A stretch of DNA of 64,000 nt, from assembly GCA_026395055.1 (NCBI GenBank), contig JAPLZK010000002.1:56940-120939 (forward strand), in the 5' to 3' direction. Shown here in pieces: positions 53,707 through 63,393 of this stretch. Each line of letters begins with the position of its first letter. Within the stretch, counting starts at the first letter, position 1. Position numbers and translations under genes: made by a program. The stretch is from Candidatus Uhrbacteria bacterium. Lineage in GTDB: Bacteria > Patescibacteriota > Patescibacteriia > UBA9934 > GWF2-40-263. The notes under the pieces were generated by a model. The model was not told the DNA's origin and did no database searches. It saw only the letters and a list, made by a program, of their open reading frames with translations.

Positions 53707-54387
53707 ATGTCCCATCCACAAAAAGCTCTCCTTGATGAGTTTCAATATGCCATTCATCATTTTGTCCCAACACTTCCAGAAGAGATTAAAGTTGAAGCAC
53801 AATCCATTCACGATCAGCTTGAATCAGACAAAACCGCGGATGAAGCCATGATTCGTCGTGCATTTCATGATGTTGGGGTAAAAGAATATCCTTACCGTCA
53901 TGCATATGATGAACTCATTCATACAAAAGAAGAGGGAAAGATGAACCAATTGGTTCTCGAACATGTGGACGAGGCCGTTCGTAAAGTTATCGAACCACAT
54001 TTGAATGCAGGAGTTCACCTGGACGAACTTGTTCGCAGTGATTTGCTTGCGGAACATTTAACACCAGAACAAATCTACCAAGTTGTAGACGGTATCGCCG
54101 TCGCAAAATCAAAATTGGGTGAAGCGATTAAGTCTCACGTGAGTGCGGATGCAGCTGCGTATGATGCCCTTTTGAAGAAATGGAATGATCACGTAAAAAT
54201 GATTGAAGGAAAACTCGTGGAGCTTCTCGCGTTTGCAAAGAAAGGTGATGAAGGGCAAGCATCTGAAATCAAAGGCAAAGTTCAAATGTATAAAGAAGGA
54301 TTTTTGGTCACAGAACCAGATCCAGATGAAAAAGAGATTGAAGAAGAGATTAGTTATTGGAAAGAAACGTTTGCAGAGGAAGGATAG
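53707..54387 (+). CDS. Hypothetical acidic helical protein (226 aa)
   Basis: Clean ORF. No family recognised. Confidence 0.55.
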   Translation: MSHPQKALLDEFQYAIHHFVPTLPEEIKVEAQSIHDQLESDKTADEAMIRRAFHDVGVKEYPYRHAYDELIHTKEEGKMNQLVLEHVDEAVRKVIEPHLNAGVHLDELVRSDLLAEHLTPEQIYQVVDGIAVAKSKLGEAIKSHVSADAAAYDALLKKWNDHVKMIEGKLVELLAFAKKGDEGQASEIKGKVQMYKEGFLVTEPDPDEKEIEEEISYWKETFAEEG

Positions 54388-54413
54388 GCTTCGTGTGTTA
54401 TAATCTCCCGCGT

Positions 54414-55064
54414 ATGCAAATTATCTGGAACGGACTTTCGTGTTTTGAGATCATTATTACAACGTCAGAAGGGGAGGTAACGCTTGTTACGGATCCGTAT
54501 GACAATGCAACTGGACTTCGTTTTCCTCGTACACTTGAGGCGAACGTCGTTTTGGTTTCGCACGATGAAGAAGATGCAAATAACTTGGCGGCTATTGCGG
54601 GAACACCAAAAGTCATTGATATGCCAGGTGAATTTGAGGTTCGCAATGTCTTTATGTACGGAATAGATGCTCCTTTGAAGCGTGAAGTAAAAGGCGTTCA
54701 TGTGGCAAACTGTCTGTTTCGTGTTGAGGCAGAAGGAATGAACATTGCACATTTGGGATCTTTGGATCGCGCGCTTTCAGACAATGAATTACAAGAGCTC
54801 GCAAATATAGACATTCTTATGGTTCCTGTTGGGGGAGGAGCAGTTCTTTCACCAAAACTTGCGGCAGAAGTGATTGCGCAAATTGAACCACGTGTTGTCA
54901 TTCCAATGACGTTTGAACTTCCAAACCTGAAGGAAGCATTGCAGCCACTCGGTGCATTCATGAAAGAAATGGCAGGTGCAAAGAAAGAAGAGATGAATAA
55001 ATACAAAGTTGCTCGCAAAGATTTGCCAGAAGAAGACATGCTTATTGTGACTCTTTCAAAATAA
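54414..55064 (+). CDS. MBL-fold (UPF0173-like) protein with degenerate metal motif
   Basis: MQIIWNGLSCFEI...VTDPYD start typical of the family. The HxHxDH position reads VSHDEEDANN. Confidence 0.5.
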   Translation: MQIIWNGLSCFEIIITTSEGEVTLVTDPYDNATGLRFPRTLEANVVLVSHDEEDANNLAAIAGTPKVIDMPGEFEVRNVFMYGIDAPLKREVKGVHVANCLFRVEAEGMNIAHLGSLDRALSDNELQELANIDILMVPVGGGAVLSPKLAAEVIAQIEPRVVIPMTFELPNLKEALQPLGAFMKEMAGAKKEEMNKYKVARKDLPEEDMLIVTLSK

Positions 55065-55067
55065 CGT

Positions 55068-55424
55068 ATGCAAAAGCGGGTTAAACCTGTTTCTCTTCGA
55101 CCTATGACGCGAGAGCAGAAGCTTTGGCTTGCTTTGACCATCCTGTTGTTTGTGGTGCTTATGGCAGTTGGGTGGTATTACACGGTTGCTCAAACACTCA
55201 AACGCACCTTTGCAGAATCGCATAAAACGATTTCTGTCCAAATCGATGAGACGAAACAACAATTTGTTGGGAAAGAAGATCTGGCACAGAAGACACAAGA
55301 GGCATTTGGGAACATGACACGTTTTTTTCAAAACGCAAATCAGTTTCTGGAACAGAAGCAGCAGGCAGAACAAGTTATTTTAGACAACGTCAAAGAAGAA
55401 CTGAAACAACCTTCAACTCATTGA
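55068..55424 (+). CDS. Small membrane-anchored protein (118 aa)
   Basis: TM segment [20 protein letters not shown]. Tightly packed between neighbouring genes. Confidence 0.5.
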   Translation: MQKRVKPVSLRPMTREQKLWLALTILLFVVLMAVGWYYTVAQTLKRTFAESHKTISVQIDETKQQFVGKEDLAQKTQEAFGNMTRFFQNANQFLEQKQQAEQVILDNVKEELKQPSTH

Positions 55425-55425
55425 T

Positions 55426-57924
55426 ATGGCAGAAAAAAAACAACTTCCTGAAGAAGAGGTGCAAGACATCACCGCAAGTGGAATCGGTCGCATTGAGCGC
55501 CGAAACATTGCGGATGAAATGCAAACCGCGTACTTAGATTACGCTATGTCTGTGATTGTCGGACGTGCTCTTCCAGATATTCGTGACGGGTTAAAGCCTG
55601 TTCACCGCCGTATTTTATATTCCATGTGGCAAACAGGGTTGCGCTCAAGTGCAAAATTTAAAAAGTGTGCCTCTGTCGTTGGAGATGTGCTTGGAAAGTA
55701 TCACCCACACGGAGATTCTGCTGTGTATGATTCTCTTGTGCGTATGGCGCAAGATTTTTCCATGCGTTATCCACTCATCCGCGGACAAGGAAACTTCGGT
55801 TCGCTCGATGGAGACCCAGCAGCTGCGTACCGATACACAGAAGCAAAACTCGAAACCATCTCAGAAGAACTTTTGGTTGATATTGAAAAAGAAACCGTCG
55901 ACTTCATTCCAAACTTTGACGGAACACATAAAGAACCAAAAGTATTACCTGCAAAACTTCCAAACCTTCTTATCAATGGAACGGTTGGAATTGCCGTTGG
56001 AATGGCGTCCAACATTCCACCACACAACCTCGGTGAGGTTTGTGATGCTGTGCTCGCTTTGATTAAAGATAAGGACACTTCGATTGAAGATCTGTCCGAA
56101 ATCGTAAAGGGGCCAGATTTTCCAACCGGTGGAATCGCCTACAGTAATGCTGATATTAAAACAGCTCTCGCGACTGGTCGTGGGGGAGTGGTTGTGCGTG
56201 GAAAGACAGATATTGTGGAAGACAAAAAAGGAAACTTCGCCATTATCATCACGGAAATTCCATATCAGGTAAACAAAGCAAACTTGCTTATTCGCATTGC
56301 GCAAAATGTGCGCGATAAAAAGATTGAGGGGATTAAAGATCTTCGTGATGAATCCACTTCAGAGGGTGTACGTGTTGTTGTTGAGCTGAAGAAGGATGCA
56401 TATCCAAAAAAAGTTTTGAATCGCTTGTATCAAACAACGCAGCTTCAAGAATCCACGCACTACAATATGCTCGCGCTTGTTGAAGGTGGAATTTTGCCAC
56501 GCGTACTCAACCTCAAGATGATTCTTGAAGAGTATTTGAAGCATCGCCAAGAAGTGGTAAAGCGTCGAACACAATTTGAGCTCACACGCGCGCTTGATCG
56601 CGCGCACATTCTCGAAGGGTTACGCATCGCGCTCGCGCAGATCGATAAGATCATTGCCTGCATCAAAAAGTCCAAAGATAAAGACGAAGCACGTGTTAAC
56701 TTGATCAAACAATTTAAATTGTCGGAAAGACAAGCTGTCGCAATTTTGGACATGCGTTTGCAACAGCTCGCAAACCTTGAAACATTGCGCATCGAACAAG
56801 AGTACGCAGAAAAGATGGCGCTCATCAAAGAGCTTGAGTCTATTCTCGCAAGCGCAAAAAAGATGATGATGGTGATTGCAGAAGAAGTAGAAAGCTTGAA
56901 ACTCAAGTACGCTTCTCCTCGCCGCACACAAATCATCAAATCGGGAATTAAAGAATTCTCCATTGAAGACGTTGTGCCTGACACAGAGACCGTTGTCATG
57001 ATCACAAAAGCTGGATACATCAAACGTATTGATCCTGATACGTTCCGCACGCAAAAACGTGGCGGAAAAGGTGTTGTCGGTATGGCATCCAAGGAAGAAG
57101 ACGAGGTTGAGCAAGTCTTCTCGACCACGACGCACAAAGATCTTTTGTTCTTCACCACACGCGGTCGCGTGTTCCAATTGAAGGCTTACGATGTCCCCGA
57201 AGCTTCTCGCATTGCGAAAGGCCAAGCGCTCGTGAACTTCCTTCAGCTCGCGCCAGGTGAGTCTGTATCCGCGTCGTTGTCTATGGATGAACTCGCGGAT
57301 TCAAAGTTCTTGCTCATGGTGACAAACAAGGGAACCATCAAGAAAACAGACTTGTCCGAGTACGACTCGGTTCGCAAATCTGGACTCATCGCAATTAAGC
57401 TGAAAGACGGCGATAACTTGCAATGGGTTCGTCCAACATCTGGAAAAGATCAGATCATGCTTGTGACATCTGGCGGACAAGCGGTCCGATTCGAAGAAAA
57501 GGGCGTGCGCCCAATGGGTCGCGTCGCATCTGGAGTTCGAGGAATCAAGCTGAAAGGTGATGATTCTGTGGTCGGAATGGGAATCATTCCAGGCTCATCC
57601 TCGAAAAAGCCGGGTGAGAAGGAAATTCTGGTTGTGATGGAAAACGGATACGGCAAACGCTCGGATCTTATCGAATACAAGGTTCAAGGACGTGGTGGAT
57701 CCGGAATTAAAACCGCAAATATCAGCAAAAAGACAGGAAAAATCGTCGCGGCCCACATTGTAGACACCAAAGACGAGCGCGATATGTTCATTATTTCTGG
57801 AGCGGGTCAAGTTATTCGGTCTTCTCTCAGTTCCGTGTCCGTTCTTGGTCGCGCAACCCAGGGAGTTCGCATCATGCGCTTCAAAAAGCCTGATGACACG
57901 GTTGCAAGTGCAGCCCTCATTTAG
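55426..57924 (+). CDS. gyrA: DNA gyrase subunit A
   Basis: [37 protein letters not shown] (QRDR), AAAYRYTEA (catalytic Tyr) and C-terminal beta-pinwheel repeats. Confidence 0.97.
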   Translation: MAEKKQLPEEEVQDITASGIGRIERRNIADEMQTAYLDYAMSVIVGRALPDIRDGLKPVHRRILYSMWQTGLRSSAKFKKCASVVGDVLGKYHPHGDSAVYDSLVRMAQDFSMRYPLIRGQGNFGSLDGDPAAAYRYTEAKLETISEELLVDIEKETVDFIPNFDGTHKEPKVLPAKLPNLLINGTVGIAVGMASNIPPHNLGEVCDAVLALIKDKDTSIEDLSEIVKGPDFPTGGIAYSNADIKTALATGRGGVVVRGKTDIVEDKKGNFAIIITEIPYQVNKANLLIRIAQNVRDKKIEGIKDLRDESTSEGVRVVVELKKDAYPKKVLNRLYQTTQLQESTHYNMLALVEGGILPRVLNLKMILEEYLKHRQEVVKRRTQFELTRALDRAHILEGLRIALAQIDKIIACIKKSKDKDEARVNLIKQFKLSERQAVAILDMRLQQLANLETLRIEQEYAEKMALIKELESILASAKKMMMVIAEEVESLKLKYASPRRTQIIKSGIKEFSIEDVVPDTETVVMITKAGYIKRIDPDTFRTQKRGGKGVVGMASKEEDEVEQVFSTTTHKDLLFFTTRGRVFQLKAYDVPEASRIAKGQALVNFLQLAPGESVSASLSMDELADSKFLLMVTNKGTIKKTDLSEYDSVRKSGLIAIKLKDGDNLQWVRPTSGKDQIMLVTSGGQAVRFEEKGVRPMGRVASGVRGIKLKGDDSVVGMGIIPGSSSKKPGEKEILVVMENGYGKRSDLIEYKVQGRGGSGIKTANISKKTGKIVAAHIVDTKDERDMFIISGAGQVIRSSLSSVSVLGRATQGVRIMRFKKPDDTVASAALI

Positions 57925-57937
57925 ACAAAAAGACTGT

Positions 57938-57963
57938 GGTTTTTGCCACAGTCTTTTGATTTC
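57938..57963 (+). repeat. 26-bp direct repeat DR1 (includes half of the gyrA terminator)
   Basis: GGTTTTTGCCACAGTCTTTTGATTTC, identical to 60613-60638. Confidence 0.95.
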
Positions 57964-57975
57964 CCCAATGAATCA

Positions 57976-58004
57976 TTGACATTTTGCGGATTTTATGTTA
58001 TTAT
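57976..58004 (+). promoter_or_regulatory. Sigma70-like promoter of the DGR target gene
   Basis: TTGACA, 17-nt spacer, TATTAT. The 17-bp block GAATCATTGACATTTTG recurs at 63813-63829. Confidence 0.6.
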
Positions 58005-58131
58005 GCCGCGTCATTTGAATCTCGCACAGGGCGATTTTTGGTGACGTGCAGTGTCTACATTTGTTCGCTCCGAGCCTCGCGACGGAATCTCCGTCACAAA
58101 AGCTTGATCGGAACAAAATGCGGAGGAAGTA

Positions 58132-58791
58132 ATGGCAAAGCAGTCCTGGAGAATTAAGCTCGAGCAATGGCTCGCAGCAAATGGTGACGACGGCATGTCC
58201 GGAGTTGTGGATCATCTTGCGATTTTGACTCGCACAACGAGTCTTGTGCGCAAGCCTGGATTCAAAAAAGCTCTGGAGAAATTTTTGGACGAATGGGCCG
58301 GTCTTCCCGAGCAGAAGGAAGATCCGATCCTGCGCCGCCTGTTCGAGGACGAAACAATCACCATCGCCCCGTGCGACGGTTCTCGTTACATCGGCAAGCA
58401 GGAAAAGACGTTCGTCGCCGGCATCGATGGTGATTTCGAGCGATGGAATTTGAACAATCGCGGCAAGTCGACCGATGCGGCGAACGTTTCCGTCTTTGAA
58501 ATGATCAAGGACGCGACGTTCGCACAGATGTTCGGCTCCCTCGGATCGGATCTCGACAAGCTGTGTCTCAGCCAGGATCAGATCATCAAGTTCTGTGAGA
58601 CCAATCGGGACAAACTTCGCAAAGACGGCTACGCCACATTCTTTCTCTTCAAGGAGAATGAAAATTTCTTCGTGGCGGGCGTGGACGTGAGCTCCGATGG
58701 CCTGAGCGTCCTCGTCGGCCCGTTCGAGCACGACGGTGTCTGGTATGCGGGCTGTGTGCATCGTGTCGTCATCCCGCAACTGACCGTTTGA
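58132..58791 (+). CDS. DGR variable target protein (219 aa)
   Basis: The C-terminal 41 codons are the VR. RBS ggagg. Followed by the hairpin+T6 terminator at 58825-58859. Confidence 0.8.
   Translation: MAKQSWRIKLEQWLAANGDDGMSGVVDHLAILTRTTSLVRKPGFKKALEKFLDEWAGLPEQKEDPILRRLFEDETITIAPCDGSRYIGKQEKTFVAGIDGDFERWNLNNRGKSTDAANVSVFEMIKDATFAQMFGSLGSDLDKLCLSQDQIIKFCETNRDKLRKDGYATFFLFKENENFFVAGVDVSSDGLSVLVGPFEHDGVWYAGCVHRVVIPQLTV
58666..58789 (+). repeat. DGR variable repeat (VR)
   Basis: 124-bp match to the TR. By manual alignment there are 16 mismatches, 15 at TR adenines. Confidence 0.9.
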
Positions 58792-59097
58792 TTCTTATCA
58801 TTCGGAAAACCCTTAGACCCTTTGTCCCTCTGACTCTTTGTGAGTTGGAGGGATTTTTTGTATAATCAATTTGCAGTCGTGCGATATTTCATGGTCAAGG
58901 CTGTGGGGTCACGATTGTTTGGAATGGTCATCCAGAATTTTGTCGGCTACGGCTTGCAAAAGTGCGGTGATGATTCTGACAAACAAAAACTTTTCAGTTG
59001 GTGCGATGTGCTTGCGGACTTCTTCGTCCCAAATAAAATTCAGCTAGATTTCTCGTGCACGATAAATCGGCAGTGATCTTGATGGCTCATCGTACAA

Positions 59098-59221
59098 TTC
59101 TTCGTGGCGAACGTGAACGTGAACTCGGATGGCCTGAACGTCAACGTCAACCCGTTCGAGAACGACAATGTCTGGAATGCGGACTGTGTGCATCGTGTCG
59201 TCATCCCGAAACTGACCGTTT
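59098..59221 (+). repeat. DGR template repeat (TR)
   Basis: Contains 7 AAC, 2 AAT, 1 GAC and 1 AAA codon-equivalents whose adenines are substituted in the VR. Followed by the hairpin ctcctcc-gtttgaac-gggaggag. Confidence 0.9.
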
Positions 59222-59569
59222 CTCCTCCGTTTGAACGGGAGGAGTTTTCTTTTCCACGTCTTTTTTCCATCCGCCAAGCATTCTTCCAATTTCATCTAAA
59301 TCAAGGGAAAGTGCCGTATATTTATCGTTCGGGAGACATTTGTTTTCCCACGCGATTTGTAAAAAGAATTTCACGCCATCCAGTTTTGAAATGCAGACGT
59401 TGAGCCGATTCATCTTTTGTTCGCCGGAAAGATATTGCGAAACAAAGATTTGTTCGAGCATTTCCAGAAAGTATCCTTCAATTTTTCCTCCGAGATTATG
59501 GCGCGATGTTTTTGGAAAATCTGCAAGTAGTTTAAACCAAACAGCATAAGCGCTCCTCGTCTTTGTCAT
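59201..59569 (-). CDS. avd: Avd-like accessory variability determinant (four-helix bundle, 122 aa)
   Basis: AYAVWFKLLADFPKTSRHNLGGKIE ... LDEIGRMLGGWKK resembles bAvd/S23-IVS-type four-helix-bundle proteins. Encoded opposite to the TR and RT, and its 3' end overlaps the TR by 21 nt. Confidence 0.75.
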   Translation of the reverse strand: MTKTRSAYAVWFKLLADFPKTSRHNLGGKIEGYFLEMLEQIFVSQYLSGEQKMNRLNVCISKLDGVKFFLQIAWENKCLPNDKYTALSLDLDEIGRMLGGWKKDVEKKTPPVQTEEKRSVSG

Positions 59570-59583
59570 AACCGAAGGAGTTC

Positions 59584-59593
59584 GGGGGGGGGG
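59584..59593. repeat. G10 homopolymer tract
   Basis: ttcGGGGGGGGGGatcc, in the 54-bp gap between the divergent avd and RT starts. Confidence 0.95.
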
Positions 59594-59623
59594 ATCCAAT
59601 CATAGACATTCAATGGTGAAAAT

Positions 59624-60634
59624 ATGAAAAAATTTAAACGCGCTTATCAAGATATCATAACGGTCGATAATTTACTTCACGCATGGGAACAATTTTTACC
59701 GGGCAAGAAGAAGCGGACGGATGTTATTGAATTTCAAAATCGTCTCATGAACAATTTGTTTGATCTGCATCGAGCGCTCGTCGAGAAGACGTTTATACAC
59801 GGAGCCTATCATGCGTTTAATATCTCGGATCCAAAGCCAAGAAATATTCACAAGGCAACTGTTCGTGATCGATTGCTTCATCACCTCATTCATTCAGAGC
59901 TGTATGGATATTTCGATCAGAAGTTTATTTACGATTCTTATTCATGCCGAATCGAGAAGGGGACACATAGGGCCATGAATCGGTTTAGAGAGTTTGGCAG
60001 AATCGTTTCGAAAAATAATACGCGTACTTGTTGGGTTTTGAAATGCGATATTCGAAAATTTTTTGCAAATATTGATCACAACATCTTGAAAAGTATTTTG
60101 GGTAAGCATATCGACGATAAAGACGTGTTGAATTTGCTTAATCATCTTGTCGATAGTTTTTCGACTCCGGGGAAGAAAGATGTCGGACTTCCACTCGGCA
60201 ACCTAACCTCACAGCTTCTGGTGAACATTTACATGAATGAGTTTGATCAGTTTATGAAACGGACGATCAAGACCGAGTATTACATGCGATATGCAGATGA
60301 TTTTGTGATCTTGCACGAGAGTCGAGAGTATTTGAGCGAGATGATTTCAAATATCTCAGAATTCCTTGAGTCACATTTGAAATTATCTTTGCATCCGGAC
60401 AAATTGTTTCTAGAAACGCTCGTCTCCGGAGTTGATTTCCTTGGCTGGGTCCATTTTCCCCACCACCGAGTCTTACGAACAGCCACAAAGAGACGGATGT
60501 TAAGAAATGTTCGGAATTCAGAAGATTTGGCCACGTTTTACTCTTATGAGGGTATGCTAGCTCATGGGAATGGATTCAAATTGATTCGGAAGGCTGAATC
60601 ATCATTTTCAAAGGTTTTTGCCACAGTCTTTTGA
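59624..60634 (+). CDS. DGR-type reverse transcriptase (336 aa)
   Basis: SYSCRIEKGTHRA, LKCDIRKFFANIDH, GLPLGNLTSQLLVNIYMNEFD (DGR signature), YMRYADDFVIL, GVDFLGW. Confidence 0.9.
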   Translation: MKKFKRAYQDIITVDNLLHAWEQFLPGKKKRTDVIEFQNRLMNNLFDLHRALVEKTFIHGAYHAFNISDPKPRNIHKATVRDRLLHHLIHSELYGYFDQKFIYDSYSCRIEKGTHRAMNRFREFGRIVSKNNTRTCWVLKCDIRKFFANIDHNILKSILGKHIDDKDVLNLLNHLVDSFSTPGKKDVGLPLGNLTSQLLVNIYMNEFDQFMKRTIKTEYYMRYADDFVILHESREYLSEMISNISEFLESHLKLSLHPDKLFLETLVSGVDFLGWVHFPHHRVLRTATKRRMLRNVRNSEDLATFYSYEGMLAHGNGFKLIRKAESSFSKVFATVF

Positions 60635-60638
60635 TTTC
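60613..60638 (+). repeat. 26-bp direct repeat DR2
   Basis: Identical to 57938-57963. Supplies the last 7 codons and the stop of the RT ORF. Confidence 0.95.
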
Positions 60639-60667
60639 TTGACGCGACCCTCAAAAAATGGTATAAA
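60639..60667 (+). promoter_or_regulatory. Sigma70-like promoter of rpmF
   Basis: TTGACG, 17-nt spacer, TATAAA. Confidence 0.6.
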
Positions 60668-60773
60668 TGATGTAGAAAGTAGGAAGTAGAAAGCATAAAG
60701 GGATTCGATAATCTCTTTTTTCTTCCCACTTCCCACCTTTCTACTTTCTACTCACCCCTTTCTCCTTACTCCT

Positions 60774-61007
60774 ATGCCAGTACCAGCCCGTAAAAAGTCG
60801 AACGCCTCCGGCAAGCGCCGCCGTTCCCATGATCATCTTACAAAGAAGGTCATGCCAAACTGCCCACAGTGTTCTGCTCCTGTAAAACCACATAACGCTT
60901 GCCTTTCATGCGGTTTTTATGGTGGAAAACAAGTTATTTCTGTTGGAACGTCCACAGTAAAAATTGTAAAATCTGCAGCCAAGAAGGCGCCAAAAAAGAA
61001 AGCTTAA
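60774..61007 (+). CDS. rpmF: 50S ribosomal protein L32 (extended C-terminus)
   Basis: MPVPARKKSNASGKRRRSH...CPQC...CLSCGFY. Confidence 0.9.
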   Translation: MPVPARKKSNASGKRRRSHDHLTKKVMPNCPQCSAPVKPHNACLSCGFYGGKQVISVGTSTVKIVKSAAKKAPKKKA

Positions 61008-61072
61008 TGCTTTCTTTTTGTTTTCTGAGTGCGGGGTGAGGGCACCTCGCCTATTATTTAAATGTTCTTTTT

Positions 61073-61573
61073 ATGTCAAACAGACATTTGTCCCGAACTA
61101 TCGCCATGCAATCCCTGTACCAGTGGGATTTTCTTGGCATGGAAGATGAAAAAATTGAAGATATCATCGCATTCAATCGACAAGAGTTTGCGCCAAAGTT
61201 CGATGATCAAAAATTCGTTGAGAATCTTGTGCATGGAGTTATGGAGAAACGTGATGTGATTGATGAATTCATCACACGCTTTGCTCCAGACTGGCCACTT
61301 GAGTCGCTTACGCTCATCGATCGCAATATTTTGCGTCTTGGAGTGTATGAATTAAAGTTTGCAGATGCGATTCCTGCAAAAGTTGCGATCAACGAAGCGA
61401 TCGAGCTTGCGAAAGGCTTTGGCGGACAATCAAGCGGTCGTTTCGTAAACGGAGTGCTTGGCGCTGTCTATAAAGATATGGTCGCAAAAGGGGAAGTAAA
61501 GAAGGTTGATCAGGAAGTGAAGGAAGAAAAGAAAGAAGAACCTAAAAAATTAGAGGAAGTAATTGCTGAATAA
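61073..61573 (+). CDS. nusB: Transcription antitermination factor NusB
   Basis: SRTIAMQSLYQWDF..., DRNILRLGVYEL, VAINEAIELAKGFG. Lys/Glu-rich tail. Confidence 0.9.
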   Translation: MSNRHLSRTIAMQSLYQWDFLGMEDEKIEDIIAFNRQEFAPKFDDQKFVENLVHGVMEKRDVIDEFITRFAPDWPLESLTLIDRNILRLGVYELKFADAIPAKVAINEAIELAKGFGGQSSGRFVNGVLGAVYKDMVAKGEVKKVDQEVKEEKKEEPKKLEEVIAE

Positions 61574-61575
61574 TT

Positions 61576-62271
61576 ATGCCAAAGACAGATCTCGCCGATC
61601 TCGAGCAAACCCTTGGTGTCACGTTTCTGAATAAGGATCTGTTACAACAAGCGCTTGTTCACCGATCCTACTTAAATGAACATCCAGATTTTCGTCTGGG
61701 TCACAACGAACGTCTCGAGTTTCTTGGGGACGCCGTTTTAGAACTTGTTGTCACAGAGCACTTGTACTCACACTTTGAAAATCCAGAAGGAGAACTGACA
61801 AACTGGCGCGCGGCGCTTGTGAATGCAGAAATGCTCGCCGAGCTTTGTAATAAACTTGAGATTGAACCGTACCTGCATCTTTCCCGTGGGGAATCAAAGG
61901 ACACAGGATCAAAAGCACGTAAATATATTCTTGCAAACGCGTTTGAAGCAATCATTGGTGCGATCTACCTCGATCAAGGCTGGGATGGCGCAAAAAAGTT
62001 TATTGATGCGCGTGTCTTGTCCGAACTTGAACGTATTTTGAAGGATCAGCTTTATATTGATCCAAAGAGTCGTTTCCAAGAAGCGGCACAAGAGCATGAA
62101 GGTGTCACACCGTCTTATAAAGTTTTGTCAGAGACCGGGCCGGACCACGCAAAAGAATTTATTGTCGGCGTGTTTATTGGAAAAGAACAAATTGCTTCCG
62201 GAACCGGAATGTCAAAACAAGAAGCACAGGTTGCAGCCGCTCAGGCGGGAATCGAAAAGAAAAAATGGTAA
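61576..62271 (+). CDS. rnc: Ribonuclease III
   Basis: NERLEFLGDAVLELVV signature and a C-terminal dsRBD (DPKSRFQE...GTGMSKQEAQVAAA). Confidence 0.95.
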   Translation: MPKTDLADLEQTLGVTFLNKDLLQQALVHRSYLNEHPDFRLGHNERLEFLGDAVLELVVTEHLYSHFENPEGELTNWRAALVNAEMLAELCNKLEIEPYLHLSRGESKDTGSKARKYILANAFEAIIGAIYLDQGWDGAKKFIDARVLSELERILKDQLYIDPKSRFQEAAQEHEGVTPSYKVLSETGPDHAKEFIVGVFIGKEQIASGTGMSKQEAQVAAAQAGIEKKKW

Positions 62272-62307
62272 AGAAAAAATCGACTCACGTGAGTCGATTT
62301 TATTTTT

Positions 62308-62889
62308 TTATTGGGTTAGTTCTAGTACGGCTTTGAGTGCGCTTGGTAATTCTGTCGTTCCGCCATCTCCACTGAAATGTCCCATTGCATGCTCAATGAT
62401 AATCTGTGATCCGAGTTCGTCTCGAAATCGATCTTGATTCTCAAGCGGAACGTATTCATCGTTGTCTGAGAAAATAGCAATCGATTTTGGAAGATGTGAT
62501 TTTACTTTTTCGATATCGAGCGGACGTTCGAGCCAATGCTTTGCAATGCCCCGAACTTCTTCTTCGTCCTCGAGATTTGTGAGTCTCGAGAGGAAGCCTG
62601 CAACAAACACGGCGCCACCAACTTGAATACTCTTGGGAAGCGTTTCGAGATATCTCACAATCGTCTGACATCCCATTGAGTGGCCGACGAAGTATGTATT
62701 CTCATCCGCTTCGCCGACGACGTTTGACAGTGCGGGGACCCAATTGTAAATGCGTGGAGCATTTGCTTCCGGCATTTGTGGAGCGATCACTTCGAAACCT
62801 TGTTTTTCGAGCTCAAGCTTAAGCCAAGGAAACCAACCGTGTTCTGGGGTGCCATCCCAGCCATGAATCATGAAAACGCGTTTATGCAT
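62308..62889 (-). CDS. Alpha/beta serine hydrolase (YdeN/RBBP9-like, 193 aa)
   Basis: MIHGWDGTPEHGWFPWL, nucleophile elbow GHSMGC, C-terminal H (HAMGHF). Confidence 0.65.
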   Translation of the reverse strand: MHKRVFMIHGWDGTPEHGWFPWLKLELEKQGFEVIAPQMPEANAPRIYNWVPALSNVVGEADENTYFVGHSMGCQTIVRYLETLPKSIQVGGAVFVAGFLSRLTNLEDEEEVRGIAKHWLERPLDIEKVKSHLPKSIAIFSDNDEYVPLENQDRFRDELGSQIIIEHAMGHFSGDGGTTELPSALKAVLELTQ

Positions 62890-62964
62890 ATGTGTGAAGG
62901 ATAGAAGCGAGAAGAGGAGAAGTCAAGAATAAAAAAACTTCGAATCAGGATTCGAAGTTGAGAA

Positions 62965-63276
62965 TTACCACAGCAAGTCTTTGAACTTGAGTGTGTGCCG
63001 AGTGTCTTCTCTTGCGAAGTGTACGTCGAGAACGTTTGATGTTGTGCCGTGCGTGTTTGGTTTCAGGATTTTTCGCACGACACCGCGAGCGCCTTCTTGC
63101 GCGCCGAACCTGCCATTTGCGGTTACGACTTGGCCGCATCGAATACGTCGTTCACCTTGTCGAATCGCGGCGATTACATTGTTCACACTGTATTCGAGGA
63201 CGAATCCGCCTACGTGTTCTTCACGAACGGTGGGGATGGGAAGTGCGTCATCGACGGGGGTGAATTTTACGTGCAC
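62965..63276 (-). CDS. Hypothetical protein (103 aa)
   Basis: Best ORF among several overlapping frames in a GC-rich patch. No family recognised. Confidence 0.4.
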   Translation of the reverse strand: MHVKFTPVDDALPIPTVREEHVGGFVLEYSVNNVIAAIRQGERRIRCGQVVTANGRFGAQEGARGVVRKILKPNTHGTTSNVLDVHFAREDTRHTLKFKDLLW

Positions 63277-63393
63277 GAGAAGCTCCTGTATGAAAAAAGA
63301 ATTCTGTGGAACACGATGATATCAATTTTATTTCGTTCGGTCAATGGTTCTTGTGAAAGAAAAAACACGCCACGTGAAGTGGTGTGTTTTTGG

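Larger units (their letters stand above)
57964..60612 (+). mobile_element. Diversity-generating retroelement (DGR) cassette
   Basis: Target gene with VR, TR, Avd and DGR-type RT, all lying between the two 26-bp direct repeats. Confidence 0.85.

Noticed and set aside
57973-58779. 268-aa minus-strand ORF antisense to the DGR target gene
   Set aside because: The plus-strand frame contains the VR in register with the AAC codons of the TR and has a promoter, RBS and terminator. The minus frame is a shadow.
59104-59403. 99-aa Asn-rich plus-strand ORF (MANVNVNSDGLNVNVN...)
   Set aside because: This is the template repeat read as protein. It has no RBS and continues antisense through avd. The TR acts as an RNA template, not as a gene.
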